Source of the DNA: a virus
Lineage: Duplodnaviria > Caudoviricetes
IMG/VR virus record: IMGVR_UViG_3300031227_000060
Location: 1-53,840 of that record
DNA: 53,840 bases
Reading direction: 5' to 3' (one strand)
Below are positions 10,049-19,609 of this stretch, in pieces. Every line of letters starts with the position of its first letter. The stretch's first letter is position 1. The notes beneath the pieces are model-generated. The model was not told the origin of the DNA. It searched no databases and worked only from the letters and a program-made list of their open reading frames with translations. Position numbers and translations under genes: made by a program.

Positions 10049-13000
10049 TTATTTAATCTGATGCAAAACCTTAAATGCAAAAGCAAGTGTCCCACCTATC
10101 TGGTTCTCAAGATAAAACACGCCATCAGCGTCTACCGAAGCTGTTACTTTGCCGCCATTTCCAGTTGTTCCATTTAACGCCACCGTCAAAACTTCAAAAT
10201 CAGAACCTCCACCTACGATTGAGATAGTATTTGTTCCTGCCGTCTCAGCCATTATCTGACCGCCACGCTCTACACTACTCTTAGCCATAACAGAAATTAA
10301 ATATGAACCTTCACCTAAAGCATAACTTGCAAAACCCTCATTAGCTATATTCCACTCACCACTTGCCAATGGCCCTTCATAGTACATAAAATCAGCAACA
10401 ACAGGTGTGGTTCCAGTATAATTAGACTCTGAGAAATCCATAGGTCCAATGTACCCACCATTATCTGTAGCAGTAACAGTTATTAATCGTGTTGAGGCAT
10501 TCTCATCTGGGCCAAAAGAACAACCATCAACCATTATGCTGTCGCCATCATTCCACATAATAGCTGATTGAGTTTGCGCCCCATCATATGCATTATCTTC
10601 AAAGTGGACATCTTTCACTTGAAAGTTTGCTATATCAACTTTAGATTGGGCCGTACCGTCAACTCGAATGGCGGTTATTCCTGCTTGACGCATTGTACCA
10701 CCATGAAATGAAATATTACTTGGAACAATCTGAGCAGCGGTAATGGCTATATAAACTAAATAATCTGCAAATGTAAGTCCACCATCGGAGGCCAGCATGC
10801 CCCTTAAATAACAATTAGCAAATTTAATGTTTTGATAAACACCTGCCTTACCTACACCGCTACCAGAGGCAGCTACCGTTCCGCCTATAATAACGCAGTT
10901 ATTCTCAGGTTCATCAAAATAGCAATTATCAACCATTACATCGGTAATAAAATTACCTCTATTTGTGCCATCGGGTGTAAAATTAATACCAAAAGCATAT
11001 TTATACAGATGACAATTCTGTATATATAAACCATCAACAGACCTTATAACAAAAATATTAGACCATACATGATCTTGTGTTGCCCCCGAACCCCTAAACT
11101 CGCAATTAGTTATGTGGTTTCCACCTGAAGTGAAACCATCTGTAGCGCGTCCAGATAAAGCGATTGCAGCAGGGGCAGGAGTGTTCGCTCGGCTCCATTG
11201 AGTAAAAAGGCAGTTGTCTATTGTGCTTGTATTAAACCTGTAACCGTCAATGGCATACGCCCAATTGTTAAATTTACAATCTCTAATAGTTGTAAAAATA
11301 GCATCGTGCGCTTCTATAGCCTTTGTTGTTGTGCTTTCATCTATTGCTCCACCGGCAGCAAAGATAATATTTTCAATATGTACAAAATAAGTTCGTTCAT
11401 TTGATGCTAATACCAATTCCGATGTTTCAGAAATAGTCCAAAACTCATTAATCACCGATCCAGTATCAGGAGTCACCGTGACAACCGCTGCAACTGCCGA
11501 AGCTGAAATACCAGAAACAGCATCTATAGCTGCTGCAATATTTGTGGCAGTAACATCATTACTTGTTTCTGCATCCCATGTATCTCCTTCTTCAAGAGTT
11601 GTATCGGTAATCCCTGATCCATCTATTGTAATTGTATCAGCTACACCAATCGTTGAATAATCAACAACTGTTAGTTTATACCTATTATCACCAAGCTGTA
11701 GAAGTACAATGTCAGCAGTACTGGAAGATAACTGCGCTCCACGACCAACAGTACCTACAAGTCCAACGCCATCTGCATTAATCATTTTAACTGTTGAAGT
11801 TATATTATATTGACCATTTAACCTGACCTCACACCCAATATCTCCAACATCTAAAAACGTACCTGACGCAATAGTCACAGCGGTGTCTATGGCATATTGA
11901 ACTTCCGCTGTGTCATCACCAGTGCCATCGCCGTTAGCACCCCACCATTCAGGATAAACAATTTTTTCTCTTGGACTACCTGCGATTGTGAGAGCTGTTC
12001 CCTGTATCCATTTATGCAAACCGGCTTGAATACTTCCATAAACAGTTAAAGTTTCATCACCTGTGTTACCAGTAAGCGCAGCCCCATTTTCAATTACCAT
12101 GCTAACTGTGGACGGTATAGTTTCATCAGTGTCAAATGTATAAACTGTCTGAGCATCTTGATCAGTGTGTTTAAAACGAAGCGTCAAAGGATTACCAGCA
12201 GCAGCATCTATCAGAGCGTTTACTGTTTGACCATTACCGGCTGCACCTTGATCCGCTTCAGAAGCATCAACGTCCGAAAGTAGCATAACTACATTATCAG
12301 CAAATGTCCAAGAAACTGATATAGTTTCTTCTTCGTCTGATTTTACTATCGCTGCATCGGCAGCTTCAACACTCACACCAATATCTGCACTGTCTACTAC
12401 CTGAGCCCATGCGGCCAGATAAAACTCAAGTTGGTCTGTTGAACTGTTGAATCTCATATCCCCGTACGAAGGACTTCCGGGTCTTGTCCCTGTGGTTCCA
12501 GCAGGCAGCTGCATCTTTTCATTGCCAGGAATTATCGGATTGCTGACAATCCCGAAAGCCGTACCTGTTAAATCTATTTCGTTTGCTGTGCCGGTGTATA
12601 CGACATTTGCCTCTGCACCATCCGCAACATTAAGTATCACCCTTGCTTCAGTTGGGGTTTTATAATCATACTCACCAGAAGTATTATTCCAATATAAAGA
12701 ATCGTTGTTCGCTGTTCCTGCATTAGTATTGCTCGCAGTTGCGACACTGCCGCCTCCGCCTTTTGACCCACGTAAATCAATCGCATAAAGACCCGTGCCT
12801 GTTTCCGGAATTTCTTGTAGATAATCATTCACATCATTTTTAATAATAATCCTACAAACCGGTATAAAAATACCTTTCAATAATGTATCCGATGGAGCTA
12901 AAACCAGAGTTCCATATTTATCCTCTGTTGCTTCTTTTGAATTCTTATACTCCTTTCCGCCTGGGATTGTATCAGCCTTCTGAACTAAGGCCATAATTCT

Positions 13001-13960
13001 TGTTGTATCTTCTTCAACTACTCCAAGAACTACATTATAAAATTTATTAGCCGATATCGCTTCTCCAGTTGAATAATGGGTAAAAGCAAAATCGGTTAAT
13101 GTGCTATATGTCCCAGCATTTAAAATGTGAAACAATCCATCAGTTCCAACAACCTTTTGAGTTGTGGTAATTGTGTCAAAAATTGTATTTAGAGATCCAG
13201 TGGCTATCGTAACATTGGCTTGGACTGCTGTGATATCCATTCCTGAATAGTATGCTGAACCATCTGTCCAAAATCTATGATAGGTATGATGAACCACTTC
13301 ATAACTTGTCATTGCGGTAGTAAACCCGCCATACAGAGTCAAAGAGGAAGCGGAAACAGCACCAGCTTTATAATTTGCAACATCCACATGTTCTAATACT
13401 CCTTCTGGACTTGTATTCGAAGCTGTTAATGTTGCCGTTCCAGTGACATTTCTTACATAAACATAAACGGTGTTGGGGCTAGCATCTGTTCCGGCAAATG
13501 ATGTAGCGATAACAGACATAGTGTCGTCATCGTTTTTTAAATGTACTTTGTCTATATTAAACGCAAGATCAAGCCCATCGTCTTGAGTTATTGTAACTGT
13601 CCAAACTCCACCCGACACAGCGCTTGATACTGTAAATCTATTCAAAGCAACATCATCAGTTATATCCGTTAAAAGAAATCCATTTTTCTGAAGTGCGGCC
13701 TCTACCTCGCCACCTTCAAAATACCCTCCAGCATCTACTATAGGAACGTCGGAAGCGGTCAAGAGCGAGCCGAAGTAAGTCCATACGTTAGTGAGCGTAT
13801 CGCCGACAGAAACAGAGCCGGAGTCATCCACCATGTAGAATTTATCATCACCGGCAACCCCGCCTGACGGAGCCGGAAGTTCGGAGACTTTCTGGTCAGC
13901 GCCCTGCGCTATTCCAAAGGTCAAGAACAAAATAAATAATATTCTCAATAAATGTTTCAT
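10049..13960 (-). CDS. Tailspike/tail fibre with pectate-lyase-like beta-helix and signal peptide
   Basis: MKHLLRILFILFLTFGIAQG then ADQKVSELPA; LPAGTTGTRP...GDMRFNSSTDQLEFY fibre motif; PEWWGANGDGTGDDTAEVQYAID beta-helix cap. Confidence 0.85.
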   Translation of the reverse strand: MKHLLRILFILFLTFGIAQGADQKVSELPAPSGGVAGDDKFYMVDDSGSVSVGDTLTNVWTYFGSLLTASDVPIVDAGGYFEGGEVEAALQKNGFLLTDITDDVALNRFTVSSAVSGGVWTVTITQDDGLDLAFNIDKVHLKNDDDTMSVIATSFAGTDASPNTVYVYVRNVTGTATLTASNTSPEGVLEHVDVANYKAGAVSASSLTLYGGFTTAMTSYEVVHHTYHRFWTDGSAYYSGMDITAVQANVTIATGSLNTIFDTITTTQKVVGTDGLFHILNAGTYSTLTDFAFTHYSTGEAISANKFYNVVLGVVEEDTTRIMALVQKADTIPGGKEYKNSKEATEDKYGTLVLAPSDTLLKGIFIPVCRIIIKNDVNDYLQEIPETGTGLYAIDLRGSKGGGGSVATASNTNAGTANNDSLYWNNTSGEYDYKTPTEARVILNVADGAEANVVYTGTANEIDLTGTAFGIVSNPIIPGNEKMQLPAGTTGTRPGSPSYGDMRFNSSTDQLEFYLAAWAQVVDSADIGVSVEAADAAIVKSDEEETISVSWTFADNVVMLLSDVDASEADQGAAGNGQTVNALIDAAAGNPLTLRFKHTDQDAQTVYTFDTDETIPSTVSMVIENGAALTGNTGDETLTVYGSIQAGLHKWIQGTALTIAGSPREKIVYPEWWGANGDGTGDDTAEVQYAIDTAVTIASGTFLDVGDIGCEVRLNGQYNITSTVKMINADGVGLVGTVGRGAQLSSSTADIVLLQLGDNRYKLTVVDYSTIGVADTITIDGSGITDTTLEEGDTWDAETSNDVTATNIAAAIDAVSGISASAVAAVVTVTPDTGSVINEFWTISETSELVLASNERTYFVHIENIIFAAGGAIDESTTTKAIEAHDAIFTTIRDCKFNNWAYAIDGYRFNTSTIDNCLFTQWSRANTPAPAAIALSGRATDGFTSGGNHITNCEFRGSGATQDHVWSNIFVIRSVDGLYIQNCHLYKYAFGINFTPDGTNRGNFITDVMVDNCYFDEPENNCVIIGGTVAASGSGVGKAGVYQNIKFANCYLRGMLASDGGLTFADYLVYIAITAAQIVPSNISFHGGTMRQAGITAIRVDGTAQSKVDIANFQVKDVHFEDNAYDGAQTQSAIMWNDGDSIMVDGCSFGPDENASTRLITVTATDNGGYIGPMDFSESNYTGTTPVVADFMYYEGPLASGEWNIANEGFASYALGEGSYLISVMAKSSVERGGQIMAETAGTNTISIVGGGSDFEVLTVALNGTTGNGGKVTASVDADGVFYLENQIGGTLAFAFKVLHQIK

Positions 13961-13963
13961 AAC

Positions 13964-14161
13964 TTACTCCAATAATAGATAATCGCCTGATTCAAGCAGT
14001 AAAAAGTCGCCTGACTCCAATAGTACGGCATCGGCTGAAGGTCCACCAGCGCCTCCACCAACTGCTTCCGGTGAGCCCTGATCCCTGTAAAACCAAAAAG
14101 AACCGTAAGCAGAACCGGCGAACAATAATATTGTAAGTGTGATAATAAGTATTTTTTTCAT
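13964..14161 (-). CDS. Small fibre-associated protein with signal peptide (probable start 14161)
   Basis: MKKILIITLTILLFAGSAYG; C-terminal LLESGDFLLLESGDYLLLE repeat; TGATG coupling to the upstream gene. Confidence 0.7.
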   Translation of the reverse strand: MKKILIITLTILLFAGSAYGSFWFYRDQGSPEAVGGGAGGPSADAVLLESGDFLLLESGDYLLLE

Positions 14162-14541
14162 CAGTAACCAGCCCCACACCTTCCAGTCGATGTCCCATAT
14201 TCTACCGAAAACGTAGCTCCGGTTTGGGTAATCGAATAATAAAGTCCTGTTTTGAACAAAACATCGTCGTATGTTCTTCCGGACGTTAATGGACTCGCAG
14301 ACCCGGCAGTTGACCAATATCCAACAACCCTGCCGGAAGCCGCAGTTTTGCTATCATACAACGTCAAGATAACGTCATTTGTGTCCGGTGTAAGCTGAAT
14401 AGCCCTTAGATATCCTCCACCGGTAAAGAGCAACCCTGAAGCCGATCCTGTTGTATTCCCCGTGGTGCAGGTTTCGTCAGCCGCGTCAGCAATTCCACAA
14501 AGAACGCTGAAAATTAGAAGTATTGCAATAGATAGTTTCAT
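14161..14541 (-). CDS. Small beta-sandwich-type protein with signal peptide (probable start 14541)
   Basis: AGGAGAG RBS; MKLSIAILLIFSVLCGIADA; LTLYDSKTAASG...VLFKTGLY. Confidence 0.7.
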   Translation of the reverse strand: MKLSIAILLIFSVLCGIADAADETCTTGNTTGSASGLLFTGGGYLRAIQLTPDTNDVILTLYDSKTAASGRVVGYWSTAGSASPLTSGRTYDDVLFKTGLYYSITQTGATFSVEYGTSTGRCGAGY

Positions 14542-14564
14542 TTTCTCTCTCCTGTGTCGGGCAA

Positions 14565-14603
14565 TAAAAAAGGCGGCATGAGTGTATGGCCCCATACCGC
14601 CTT
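14565..14603 (-). terminator. Intrinsic terminator-like hairpin before the fibre cluster
   Basis: AAGGCGGTATG...CATGCCGCCTT followed by a T run. Confidence 0.65.
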
Positions 14604-14649
14604 AATTATTTGGTCTTCAAAGTAGCGAACTGTCGGACTGCCCGAGTTG

Positions 14650-14853
14650 TTAGTTATTTAATAGGTTTAGCTCCTTCATTTCACTTTTTATTTCAATATG
14701 AGGACCGATTGTAAATTTCAAATTATCAAATATTTTTTTCATGAATTGATTGTGCGCTATTTCCCTTTCTCTATATATTTCCACCACAGATTTGCCCCAA
14801 CATTCTTCTGAGCCTTCTTGTCTTATCGCCATTTCTGTAGCAGTTCTGTCCAT
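14650..14853 (-). CDS. Hypothetical protein
   Basis: ORF in operon orientation. Confidence 0.45.
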   Translation of the reverse strand: MDRTATEMAIRQEGSEECWGKSVVEIYREREIAHNQFMKKIFDNLKFTIGPHIEIKSEMKELNLLNN

Positions 14854-14856
14854 AAC

Positions 14857-15480
14857 CTACCCCCAATGATGGTCAGCGACCTCAATCTTCCTCGGGCCGC
14901 TATGTTTCCCTATAGTACTGTCAGTCAAAAAACCACCTACTATTTGCCTTAACGCTTGAAATCCTGGCGGTAATGTCTCTTCGGTTGATTTTGTTAAATG
15001 CTGAGTCAAAACAGTGTCTTTTGGAATGTCCAGGCTTTCATCCTTCAGCCATTGATGAACAAGTATTTTTCCATACTTCTCGTCATCCCCAAAAGGAAGA
15101 TGCTGAGGCGCGTACAAGGTAGGTATGCGCTTCTTTAATTCGTACAAGAATCCTTCTTCTGGTTGACAGTATATCATCCTGCACCTTAATCTGATCGCAT
15201 CGTCAGCAAACTTCTCGAGTAATTCTGCGTACCCATGGTATTCCCCTTCTGCTAAAAACACAAGAGGATTCTTGTTAACTTTGTTTCTTTCAAACTTTTC
15301 TCCCATAAATAGATAATATCCCGGGATTGAAGGCGAAGGGAACACAGCTGATGATCTGACACCGTTTATCGCTATCTTTAACGACTTTGGCTCAGTGGGA
15401 GGTCTTTTGTAATGAACAATGAAACCGCCTGCTGATGCCTCGGCTACGTGTGACACTTCTTGTTTTATGTCTTCAGTCAT
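14857..15480 (-). CDS. Hypothetical protein downstream of terminase
   Basis: 207 aa, AGGA RBS. Confidence 0.65.
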   Translation of the reverse strand: MTEDIKQEVSHVAEASAGGFIVHYKRPPTEPKSLKIAINGVRSSAVFPSPSIPGYYLFMGEKFERNKVNKNPLVFLAEGEYHGYAELLEKFADDAIRLRCRMIYCQPEEGFLYELKKRIPTLYAPQHLPFGDDEKYGKILVHQWLKDESLDIPKDTVLTQHLTKSTEETLPPGFQALRQIVGGFLTDSTIGKHSGPRKIEVADHHWG

Positions 15481-15522
15481 CCTGTATGGTTCCGCTCCAG
15501 TCTCGCTCTCTTTCAGTTATTT

Positions 15523-17157
15523 TCACAACAACCCCGCAAATAATAAGTTTCCGCCACTTTGAAACGCCATGGTGAAATAGTTGCCAGCATGGCGATAATG
15601 GTCGGGACCCGTCTTTAAATAAACGTATCTTGAAGCGCCAGTTTCCGGATCTGTCTGTAATACTCTGGCTATATTGCTGCATTGAGTGGCGAACTCCTGA
15701 ATAATTTCAGACTCTTTGGGCAGCACAACCCGGCCTTGTCTTAACTCTTCATGGGAAGCGTCAAGAGATTCAGTTCTGTTTACAGTCACGGTCAATTCCT
15801 TTTCATTCCAACCATATGAGCCCTTTTGATGTTCATTATAAAAACAGCAATAGACTTTTCCATGATTGTCTTTTGCAAATTCCCTTGAAAGTCTTGTTTC
15901 CGGAAGTCCATCGATAACACCCCGGACAACATTAAATCGCTTCACAAGGCTATTAAGTTGCGACCATTCAGGGAATGCACCGGCATATACAATCTCAGCG
16001 CCCTTGTCGTGCTTTTTGCCGATAACACAGTGAATAAGACTCCCAACATCTACACCCATGTAACAGGGGCCCTTGTCGCTTTCTTGAATCGATTCGATAC
16101 CGCATAGCTTAATAACCTCGGAATAGGTCAGTCTGTTTTCTGCAGCGATATGAGCCTGTGCGAGTTTTGAGTTGTAAACCTCGCTGATATTTCCATTTGG
16201 AGGATCAAGATATAATTTAAGTATCTGAGCAGGATCGACAGGCATGGAGTTTAACTGACTGATTCTCCAACCCACGAGATCCTTAGCTTTCTCCGGATAC
16301 TTCGGGACCCACTGACCGTCTTTAGGAAAGATCTCTGCCCTTCTGCATCTCTGACACAATCGAAGGACTTTTCCGTTCTTTAATTCATGCAAACAATCAG
16401 GAAACTCCGTCTCAAGACAGGTAAGCCCACCGCACTTTGAACACTTTATGAGCCAGTGTCTTTGATCTGAGTCCTGAAATAGCTTATCAACCCCATAATC
16501 AGGAATAGTCGGAGTGGAAAGATGAACCTCTTCCTTAATTTCAGAGTGAGACATTCGCTCAAGTGCAAGGTCAACCATATCGTTAGCCATTTCATCACGT
16601 TCATCAAACACAACTCTATCAACCGGCACCGATTTTAATGCAGTAGATGACCGTTTCATCCCATGGATTTTAGAAGTTGCTCTCGCACCACGCATGTAAA
16701 GCATGGCCCTGCCAATTCGCTTAATATTTTTAGCATCAGTGCTTTTGATATACTTAGCCATTTCCTCATTGTCGTTAATAAGGGGATTAAACCGGCCACT
16801 TGAAAAGTCATTTACATCATCTCTGGAAGGAAATAGATATAAAGCTCCCTGTAAATACCTGGCTGAAATAAGACCATAAAGAGTTTTAAGCATGATAATT
16901 GATGTCACACCAACCTGAGCGCCTTTAAGGAAGACCTGTCTTATAGCTTCCTCTTCAAGCATGTCTCTTTGATATTCATGGCCTTCTAAGCTGAACGGCC
17001 TGCCATCCAGCAATAACGCTTCAGCCCAAGGGACAACATCGGGAAGAGTTGTTATGTCTCCCAACAAACTAAGGCTCGCAAATAGCCTGTCGTAATGCTC
17101 GCTTGCTGCTAAGTTTGTATATAATTCGGTCCCTAACATCTTTGTCCACTTCTCCAA
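15523..17157 (-). CDS. terL: Terminase large subunit, lambda GpA-like (true start probably downstream, near 17070-17100)
   Basis: LKGAQVGVT Walker A, VVFDERD Walker B, STPT coupling motif, CSKC/CQRC Zn ribbon, MGVDVG and C-terminal DHY nuclease motifs. Confidence 0.9.
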   Translation of the reverse strand: MEKWTKMLGTELYTNLAASEHYDRLFASLSLLGDITTLPDVVPWAEALLLDGRPFSLEGHEYQRDMLEEEAIRQVFLKGAQVGVTSIIMLKTLYGLISARYLQGALYLFPSRDDVNDFSSGRFNPLINDNEEMAKYIKSTDAKNIKRIGRAMLYMRGARATSKIHGMKRSSTALKSVPVDRVVFDERDEMANDMVDLALERMSHSEIKEEVHLSTPTIPDYGVDKLFQDSDQRHWLIKCSKCGGLTCLETEFPDCLHELKNGKVLRLCQRCRRAEIFPKDGQWVPKYPEKAKDLVGWRISQLNSMPVDPAQILKLYLDPPNGNISEVYNSKLAQAHIAAENRLTYSEVIKLCGIESIQESDKGPCYMGVDVGSLIHCVIGKKHDKGAEIVYAGAFPEWSQLNSLVKRFNVVRGVIDGLPETRLSREFAKDNHGKVYCCFYNEHQKGSYGWNEKELTVTVNRTESLDASHEELRQGRVVLPKESEIIQEFATQCSNIARVLQTDPETGASRYVYLKTGPDHYRHAGNYFTMAFQSGGNLLFAGLL

Positions 17158-17533
17158 TAACCGTTAAAACTTCGTTCTGAAACTCTGCTGCAGCCTGAAT
17201 GTCATAAAGTGCCTGAAATAATTCAAGCTGTAATTTAAGCTGTCCTCTGATTTCAGCCATAAGCTTAACTGACATGGCCGGATCGTCTTCAACCTCATTA
17301 AGAAGCTCATTTGCCTTTTTGTTAATCTTTTGAAGCTGCTCAACTGTGTCCAGATTCTTTTGGATAACAACAGGAGCCGCTTTCGTTGCCGTTCTAATAG
17401 CAACAGCCCTCCCGAGCTTCTTTCTCGCTTGACTAATAGCTCCCTCAGAAACGCCAAATATTTTAGCGCACTCAACCGATTTTCTGCCTTCGTCAAGAAG
17501 TTTTCTAAGTTTAACAACATCTATTTTCGCCAT
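17069..17533 (-). CDS. terS: Terminase small subunit
   Basis: N-terminal HTH (SVECAKIFGVSEGAISQA) plus helical region; directly upstream of terL. Confidence 0.7.
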   Translation of the reverse strand: MAKIDVVKLRKLLDEGRKSVECAKIFGVSEGAISQARKKLGRAVAIRTATKAAPVVIQKNLDTVEQLQKINKKANELLNEVEDDPAMSVKLMAEIRGQLKLQLELFQALYDIQAAAEFQNEVLTVIGEVDKDVRDRIIYKLSSKRALRQAICEP

Positions 17534-17584
17534 AAGTTAAGTTAAGTTAATCTTTAGTTTATTAAGTTAAGTTTTATTAACATT

Positions 17585-17794
17585 TCACGCCTCAAACATC
17601 TCGTTTATAAAATCTTTCATTTCAACACATTCTTTTAGTGTGAATTCATCAACGCATTTAGGTTCTGTCTCGGCTAACATGTTAGTCATAAGATAACGAA
17701 TTGTTACTTTACACATATTGTTCAGAGTTTTAACATCCTCACCGCTTATTGTTATTTTTACATCTTTTTCTGTTTTTATCATATTTTCAACCAC
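17585..17794 (-). CDS. Hypothetical protein
   Basis: ORF in operon orientation. Confidence 0.45.
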   Translation of the reverse strand: MVENMIKTEKDVKITISGEDVKTLNNMCKVTIRYLMTNMLAETEPKCVDEFTLKECVEMKDFINEMFEA

Positions 17795-17864
17795 CTGTTT
17801 TTAGCCCGTTTTTTAATGTCTCTCCATGGGCGGGAGACTCATTAAACTCATTGTTTGGCACTTA

Positions 17865-18716
17865 TCACTCTATCCTTTCAAGCACACCGCAATCAAGACA
17901 CCTGAAATGTGTTGCCTGGTTTCTTTCGTCTCGCTCTACAATAGTAATGTTTTCGTGCTCACAACCCATTGGGTCTTCATTGGTTTCAATTTCATTCAAA
18001 ACCTCGGCTATGAGTTTCTTGGCTGCTTTGATTTCATCTGCAATAAAATACTTTTTCGACCTCAATTCTCGATCTAAAAACCACCTGTCTGCCATTTCAC
18101 AAACTGTCTTTAGGGCAAGTGTGGGTTTTGCAGTTTCAGTTTCTTTATTAATACCGGGATACAAAGCCAAACCATGAGTAGTCCACGCCACCGCGCATTT
18201 TTTTGAACAAAACATATATTTTGTAACTGTGCCGCATTGATAACACACGGTTTCCGACTTCGGAGCTTCTTTTTCATGCTTACATTCCTGCTCTTGTTGT
18301 TGTTTCTTCATTTCTTCTTTATGGAATGCATTTAAACCGTCCCATGAACAGAAATGGAATGTATTTAAACAGTCCCATGTACAAAATATATTCTCTCCGT
18401 CAGACACGGATGTCCAATAAGCATTTTTCCCACACTGGGGACAAAGACGGTGAACATCGGGTTTATCCTTCTCACGCGCCTTTCCTAAGTTTATGACCTT
18501 TCCGTCTATAAATTCTAAGGCTTCTCCGCAGTCTATACATTCCATGCTTGTGCCATTTAAAGGCTTAGGGTTAGGATGTTTGCATTTCTCCGGAAACCGC
18601 TTGTCGAAAGCTTCGAGAATGTCATCAGCATAGTTGCGAGGAGTTATCCCAGGGATTTTATATGTTGTCGGGCTGATAATCGCCCTCAGCCATACTTCCT
18701 CTCTTGATAGTGTCAT
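17865..18716 (-). CDS. Cys-rich multi-Zn-finger protein
   Basis: CKH..CIDC, CPQC..FCTWDC, CYQC..FCSKKC, CEH..CLDC; AAGGAG RBS. Confidence 0.65.
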   Translation of the reverse strand: MTLSREEVWLRAIISPTTYKIPGITPRNYADDILEAFDKRFPEKCKHPNPKPLNGTSMECIDCGEALEFIDGKVINLGKAREKDKPDVHRLCPQCGKNAYWTSVSDGENIFCTWDCLNTFHFCSWDGLNAFHKEEMKKQQQEQECKHEKEAPKSETVCYQCGTVTKYMFCSKKCAVAWTTHGLALYPGINKETETAKPTLALKTVCEMADRWFLDRELRSKKYFIADEIKAAKKLIAEVLNEIETNEDPMGCEHENITIVERDERNQATHFRCLDCGVLERIE

Positions 18717-18730
18717 ATATCTCCTTGTTT

Positions 18731-18958
18731 TTAAACATAATTCTTAAACCACTGAACTACGTCCCACAAGATACTCGCTCTTGAATATTCCCTATTCACT
18801 GAGCTCGGAAGATAGCTAGTCGTTTTTTCGTTGTTATAAATAATCATCATATTAGTTACGTTCCCCCTGTCGATTTCGTCTTTTATGAAATTAACGGCTT
18901 CGATAGGAGTGCGCTGTCTTGTTTTCTGATGTTCAATTATTGGTATCGGTTTGCTCAT
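18731..18958 (-). CDS. Hypothetical protein
   Basis: Coupled to the GNAT gene. Confidence 0.55.
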   Translation of the reverse strand: MSKPIPIIEHQKTRQRTPIEAVNFIKDEIDRGNVTNMMIIYNNEKTTSYLPSSVNREYSRASILWDVVQWFKNYV

Positions 18959-19504
18959 TTACGCCTCATCTTTTAAAATAGAATAGCAATTAATATCGTG
19001 AAAACAACCGTTTATAAATGTTCCTCTTCTAAAGGTTCCTTCATGAACCATACCAAGCTTTATCGCAACCCTATTCATTCCTTCATTTATAGATGCTGTG
19101 CCTGCCCATATTCGCTCTAGTCCAAGGCGTTTAAATCCGTGGGCGAGAACCAGCTTCCCAGCTTCAGTGCATACCCCTTTTCCCCAATATTCTTTTTCCC
19201 CTATTACTACCATAAGTTCAGCGGAACGATTTATCAAATCGATTCTTCGCAATGACATATTGCCGATGTGATAATCTAAAAAAGGGGAGGTTCCTTTATG
19301 TTCAATGAATATTCCCCAAACAATTTGGCTTTTATCATTTCCAAGAGAATCGCCATAATCCTCAATTCCTTTTTGTGTTTGAGGGAACAAACCGTGCCTG
19401 TTAAATTTCGTAACTTCTGTGTCGTTTCGCCAGTTTAGATAATTACCTATTAAATCTTCTTTTGTTAATGGCGAAATCATCAACCTGTCGGTTTTATATA
19501 TCAT
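18959..19504 (-). CDS. GNAT acetyltransferase, RimJ/RimL-like (probable start 19504)
   Basis: IGEKEYWGKGVCTEA acetyl-CoA motif; GFKRLGLERI; KLGMVHEG. Confidence 0.85.
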   Translation of the reverse strand: MIYKTDRLMISPLTKEDLIGNYLNWRNDTEVTKFNRHGLFPQTQKGIEDYGDSLGNDKSQIVWGIFIEHKGTSPFLDYHIGNMSLRRIDLINRSAELMVVIGEKEYWGKGVCTEAGKLVLAHGFKRLGLERIWAGTASINEGMNRVAIKLGMVHEGTFRRGTFINGCFHDINCYSILKDEA

Positions 19505-19609
19505 CCGCCCCCTACCAGATATCCACCGATGATCATTAAGACCATGGTTATCCAAATCCAAAATACATCAGGCCTCACTTTCGTGCCGTGATAAGCTGTC
19601 TTTATTTTT

